Made by a program: the position numbers and the translations under genes. Below are positions 61,717 to 64,000 of a DNA stretch of 64,000 nt, piece by piece. The stretch comes from an uncultured beta proteobacterium (GTDB lineage: Bacteria; Pseudomonadota; Gammaproteobacteria; Burkholderiales; Burkholderiaceae_B). Location: the NCBI GenBank assembly GCA_903894155.1, contig CAITPF010000475.1:7236-71235 (forward strand), written 5' to 3'. Under the pieces are notes generated by a model. That model was not told the origin of the DNA. It saw nothing but the letters and a program-made list of their open reading frames with translations, and ran no database searches. Position 1 is the stretch's first letter, and each line of letters begins with the position of its first letter.

Positions 61717-62190
61717 ATGGAAACAGTCGGACTCGGCCTCTACTTCGAGGACTTGCCCGTCGGCAGGCAGTTCAAGACCCTGTCGCGCACGATCCAGGAT
61801 GCCGATATCTGCGCGTTCTGCAACGTGATCCACATGACGGAGGTCCTGTTCACCGACATGGAATTCCTCAAGAACGAGTCCGACATCAAGGGTCGCCTCG
61901 CGCCCGGTGCGCTGAGCTATTGCTTCGCCGAGGGATTGCTTGCGCAGTCCACGATGCAGAAGACCGGCTATGCCTTTCTCAATATGGAGCTCAATATCGA
62001 GAACCCAGCGTTTGCCGGGGACACGATTCATGTGGAGTGCGAGGTCGTGGAGTCCAGGCTCTCGGCAAGCCGGCCCGGACGCGGCCTCGTGCGCACCCGC
62101 AACAAGGTCATCAATCAGAACGGCAAGGTTGTGCTGACCTACACCCCGCTGCGCATGGTCAAGTGCCGGGGCGACAAGGCAGCATCGTGA
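61717..62190 (+). CDS. MaoC-family dehydratase
   Basis: GLYFEDLPVG..SRTI, P.FAGDTI, NQNG; RBS CAGGAG. Confidence 0.87.
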   Translation: METVGLGLYFEDLPVGRQFKTLSRTIQDADICAFCNVIHMTEVLFTDMEFLKNESDIKGRLAPGALSYCFAEGLLAQSTMQKTGYAFLNMELNIENPAFAGDTIHVECEVVESRLSASRPGRGLVRTRNKVINQNGKVVLTYTPLRMVKCRGDKAAS

Positions 62191-63413
62191 CCCACGCCTT
62201 CGGAGAAGCAGGCAGCGGCCCGCTCGCGGGCGTGCGTGTCCTTGACCTCACGATCAATGTGCTCGGGCCGGTCGCGACCCAGCAACTCGGCGACATGGGC
62301 GCGAGCGTGATCAAGGTCGAGCCCCCGGAAGGCGATCCGATGCGTGACAACGGGCCTGGTCGCAATCCCCATATGTCGGCGCTCTTCCTGAACCTGAACC
62401 GCAACAAGCGCAGCATCCGGCTGGATCTGAAGCAACCTGCGCAGCGCGAGGCGTTGTTCAAGCTCGCCGGCGACGCCGATGTGCTCGTGCACAGCATGCG
62501 GTCCAATGCCGCGATGCGACTGGGCCTGGACTACCCGACCCTGCACGCGCGGTTTCCCAGGCTGATTTATGCGAGCGCCCCGGGCTACAGCCCGGACGGC
62601 CCCTATCGCGACCGGCCCGCCTATGACGACGTCATCCAGGGCGAAAGCGGCGTCGCGGGGCTCGTCCAGGCGTCCGCGGGCGTACCGGCATACTTTCCTA
62701 CCGTGCTTGCGGACAAACTGTGCGGCGTCTACCTGGCATCGGCCATCGGCATGGCGCTCTACAGCCGCGATCGCACGGGGCACGGCCAGGAGGTGCAGAT
62801 ACCGATGTTCGAGACCATGGTGTCGTTCAACCTCATGGAGCACCTGTGGACTTCGACCTTCGGTGCTGAAGGCCGCCCGGGCTACGCGCGCGCGCTTTCA
62901 AAGCATCGGCGCCCCTATGCAACGCTCGACGGCTATATCTGCCTGATGGCGGTCAACGACGCGCAGTGGAAGAGATTGCTCGCCGCGCTTGAGCGACCCG
63001 AGCTCGCTGCGGACGAGCGCTTCTCGACCCTGATGGCACGCACGGCCAACATCGACGCGCTCTACGAGATCGTCGCGCATCAAATCACCCTGCGCTCGAC
63101 AGCGCACTGGCATGCACGGCTCGACGAGGCCGATATCCCGAACGCGCCGATGAACACGCTGGCGGATCTGCCGAACCATCCCTATTTGAACGACACCGGC
63201 TTCTTCGAGCGGTATGAGCACCACAGCGAGGGAACGCTGGTACGCACCGCCGTGCCCCAGCGCTTTTCCGAAACGCCGCCCGCGGTGCGTTACGGGGCTC
63301 CGGGCCTGGGCGAGCACAATACGGATGTCCTGCGCACACTGGGCTACGACGATGACGCCATCCGCGCGATGTCGGGCGCAGTCTCCGGGGTGCCAGCGGA
63401 TTCAAAAGGCTAG
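62187..63413 (+). CDS. CaiB/BaiF family III CoA-transferase
   Basis: GPLAGVRVLDLT..LGP, VIKVEPPEGD, NRNKRS, PAYDDVIQ; GTGA overlap start. Confidence 0.92.
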   Translation: MTHAFGEAGSGPLAGVRVLDLTINVLGPVATQQLGDMGASVIKVEPPEGDPMRDNGPGRNPHMSALFLNLNRNKRSIRLDLKQPAQREALFKLAGDADVLVHSMRSNAAMRLGLDYPTLHARFPRLIYASAPGYSPDGPYRDRPAYDDVIQGESGVAGLVQASAGVPAYFPTVLADKLCGVYLASAIGMALYSRDRTGHGQEVQIPMFETMVSFNLMEHLWTSTFGAEGRPGYARALSKHRRPYATLDGYICLMAVNDAQWKRLLAALERPELAADERFSTLMARTANIDALYEIVAHQITLRSTAHWHARLDEADIPNAPMNTLADLPNHPYLNDTGFFERYEHHSEGTLVRTAVPQRFSETPPAVRYGAPGLGEHNTDVLRTLGYDDDAIRAMSGAVSGVPADSKG

Positions 63414-63437
63414 CCGGCGCCCAAGGGCACCGGACGT

Positions 63438-63486
63438 TGATCAAGGACGCGACAGTCCTCGTCCTTTAGGGCGAGGTGAACGTCAA
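63438..63486 (+). mobile_element. 49-nt element copy abutting the badH RBS
   Basis: (GT)TGAT CAAGGACGCGA CAGT CCTCGTCC-TTTA-GGGCGAGG TGAACGTCAA(C). Confidence 0.75.
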
Positions 63487-63500
63487 CACAGGAGAAATTG

Positions 63501-64000
63501 ATGCACGGATTATCGGAAAAAGTCGTCATCGTGACCGGTGGCGCGGGCGGCATCGGATCCGCGGTCTGCCGCCGCTTCGCGGCCGAGGGTGCGAGCGTGG
63601 CGGTGTTTGACCTGAACGCTGCTGCGGCGGAAAAGCTCGCCGCAGAGCTGTCGGCAACGGGCGCGAAGGTGCGCGGGTACGCGGTCGACATCGCCAGCGG
63701 GGATCGCGTGGAGGCCGCCGTGGCAGAAGTCGAAGCCGATCTCGGCCCGATTGATATCCTGGTCAATAACGCCGGCTGGGACTATGGCGGGCGTTTTATC
63801 GACAGCGATCCTGCCATCTGGGAAAAGATCATCGCAATCAATCTCGTCGGGCCGCTGAACATGCACCGCGCGGTGCTCAAGCGCATGAGCGCACGCGGGC
63901 GCGGGCGGGTCGTCAACGTGTCGTCTGACGCTGGCCGGGTGGGCTCCTCCGGCGAGGCGGTCTATTCCGCCTGCAAAGGCGGCATCATATCGTTCTCGAA
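63501..64000 (+). CDS. badH: SDR, 2-hydroxycyclohexanecarboxyl-CoA dehydrogenase-like (partial)
   Basis: Translated manually: MHGLSEKVVIVTGGAGGIG..CRRFAAEG..NNAGWD..IAINL..SDAGRVGSSGEAVYSACKGG. Confidence 0.75.
   Translation, partial: MHGLSEKVVIVTGGAGGIGSAVCRRFAAEGASVAVFDLNAAAAEKLAAELSATGAKVRGYAVDIASGDRVEAAVAEVEADLGPIDILVNNAGWDYGGRFIDSDPAIWEKIIAINLVGPLNMHRAVLKRMSARGRGRVVNVSSDAGRVGSSGEAVYSACKGGIISFS

Noticed and set aside
61530-62186. Long N-terminal extensions on the CaiB and MaoC ORFs in the ORF track
   Set aside because: They overlap real upstream genes; the true starts are at 61717 and 62187.

Overview
A GC-rich 64 kb window, probably from a Betaproteobacterium (Burkholderiales-like; inferred from the gene families). 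It is almost entirely catabolic and transport genes: 11 orphan Bug/TctC solute receptors with no TctA/TctB, three ABC transporters, three MmgE/PrpD proteins, CoA ligases and CoA transferases, thiolase plus OB-fold pairs, hydantoinase A/B and other cyclic-amide hydrolases, and a carboxyltransferase/biotin-carrier trio with no biotin carboxylase. Only one regulator (LysR) is present. I found no rRNA, tRNA, CRISPR, integrase or transposase. The main non-coding signal is a dispersed ~49-nt element: TGAY + 11 nt + CAAR + a GC hairpin with a TTYA loop + a tail ending in TCAA. It occurs at 10 gene junctions, including 5 of 6 convergent junctions and none of 7 divergent ones, and it often begins exactly on the upstream gene's stop codon. 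Its architecture looks like an IS200/IS605 left end and right end fused around one hairpin. It shows target/guide covariation (TGAC-CAAG vs TGAT-CAAA), one head-to-tail tandem behind a single TGAC, and same-strand pairs that bracket single genes. It is a candidate ultra-minimal HUH-Y1-dependent mobile or REP-like element, or a gene-cassette boundary. All functional calls come from reading protein motifs by eye; no database searches were run.
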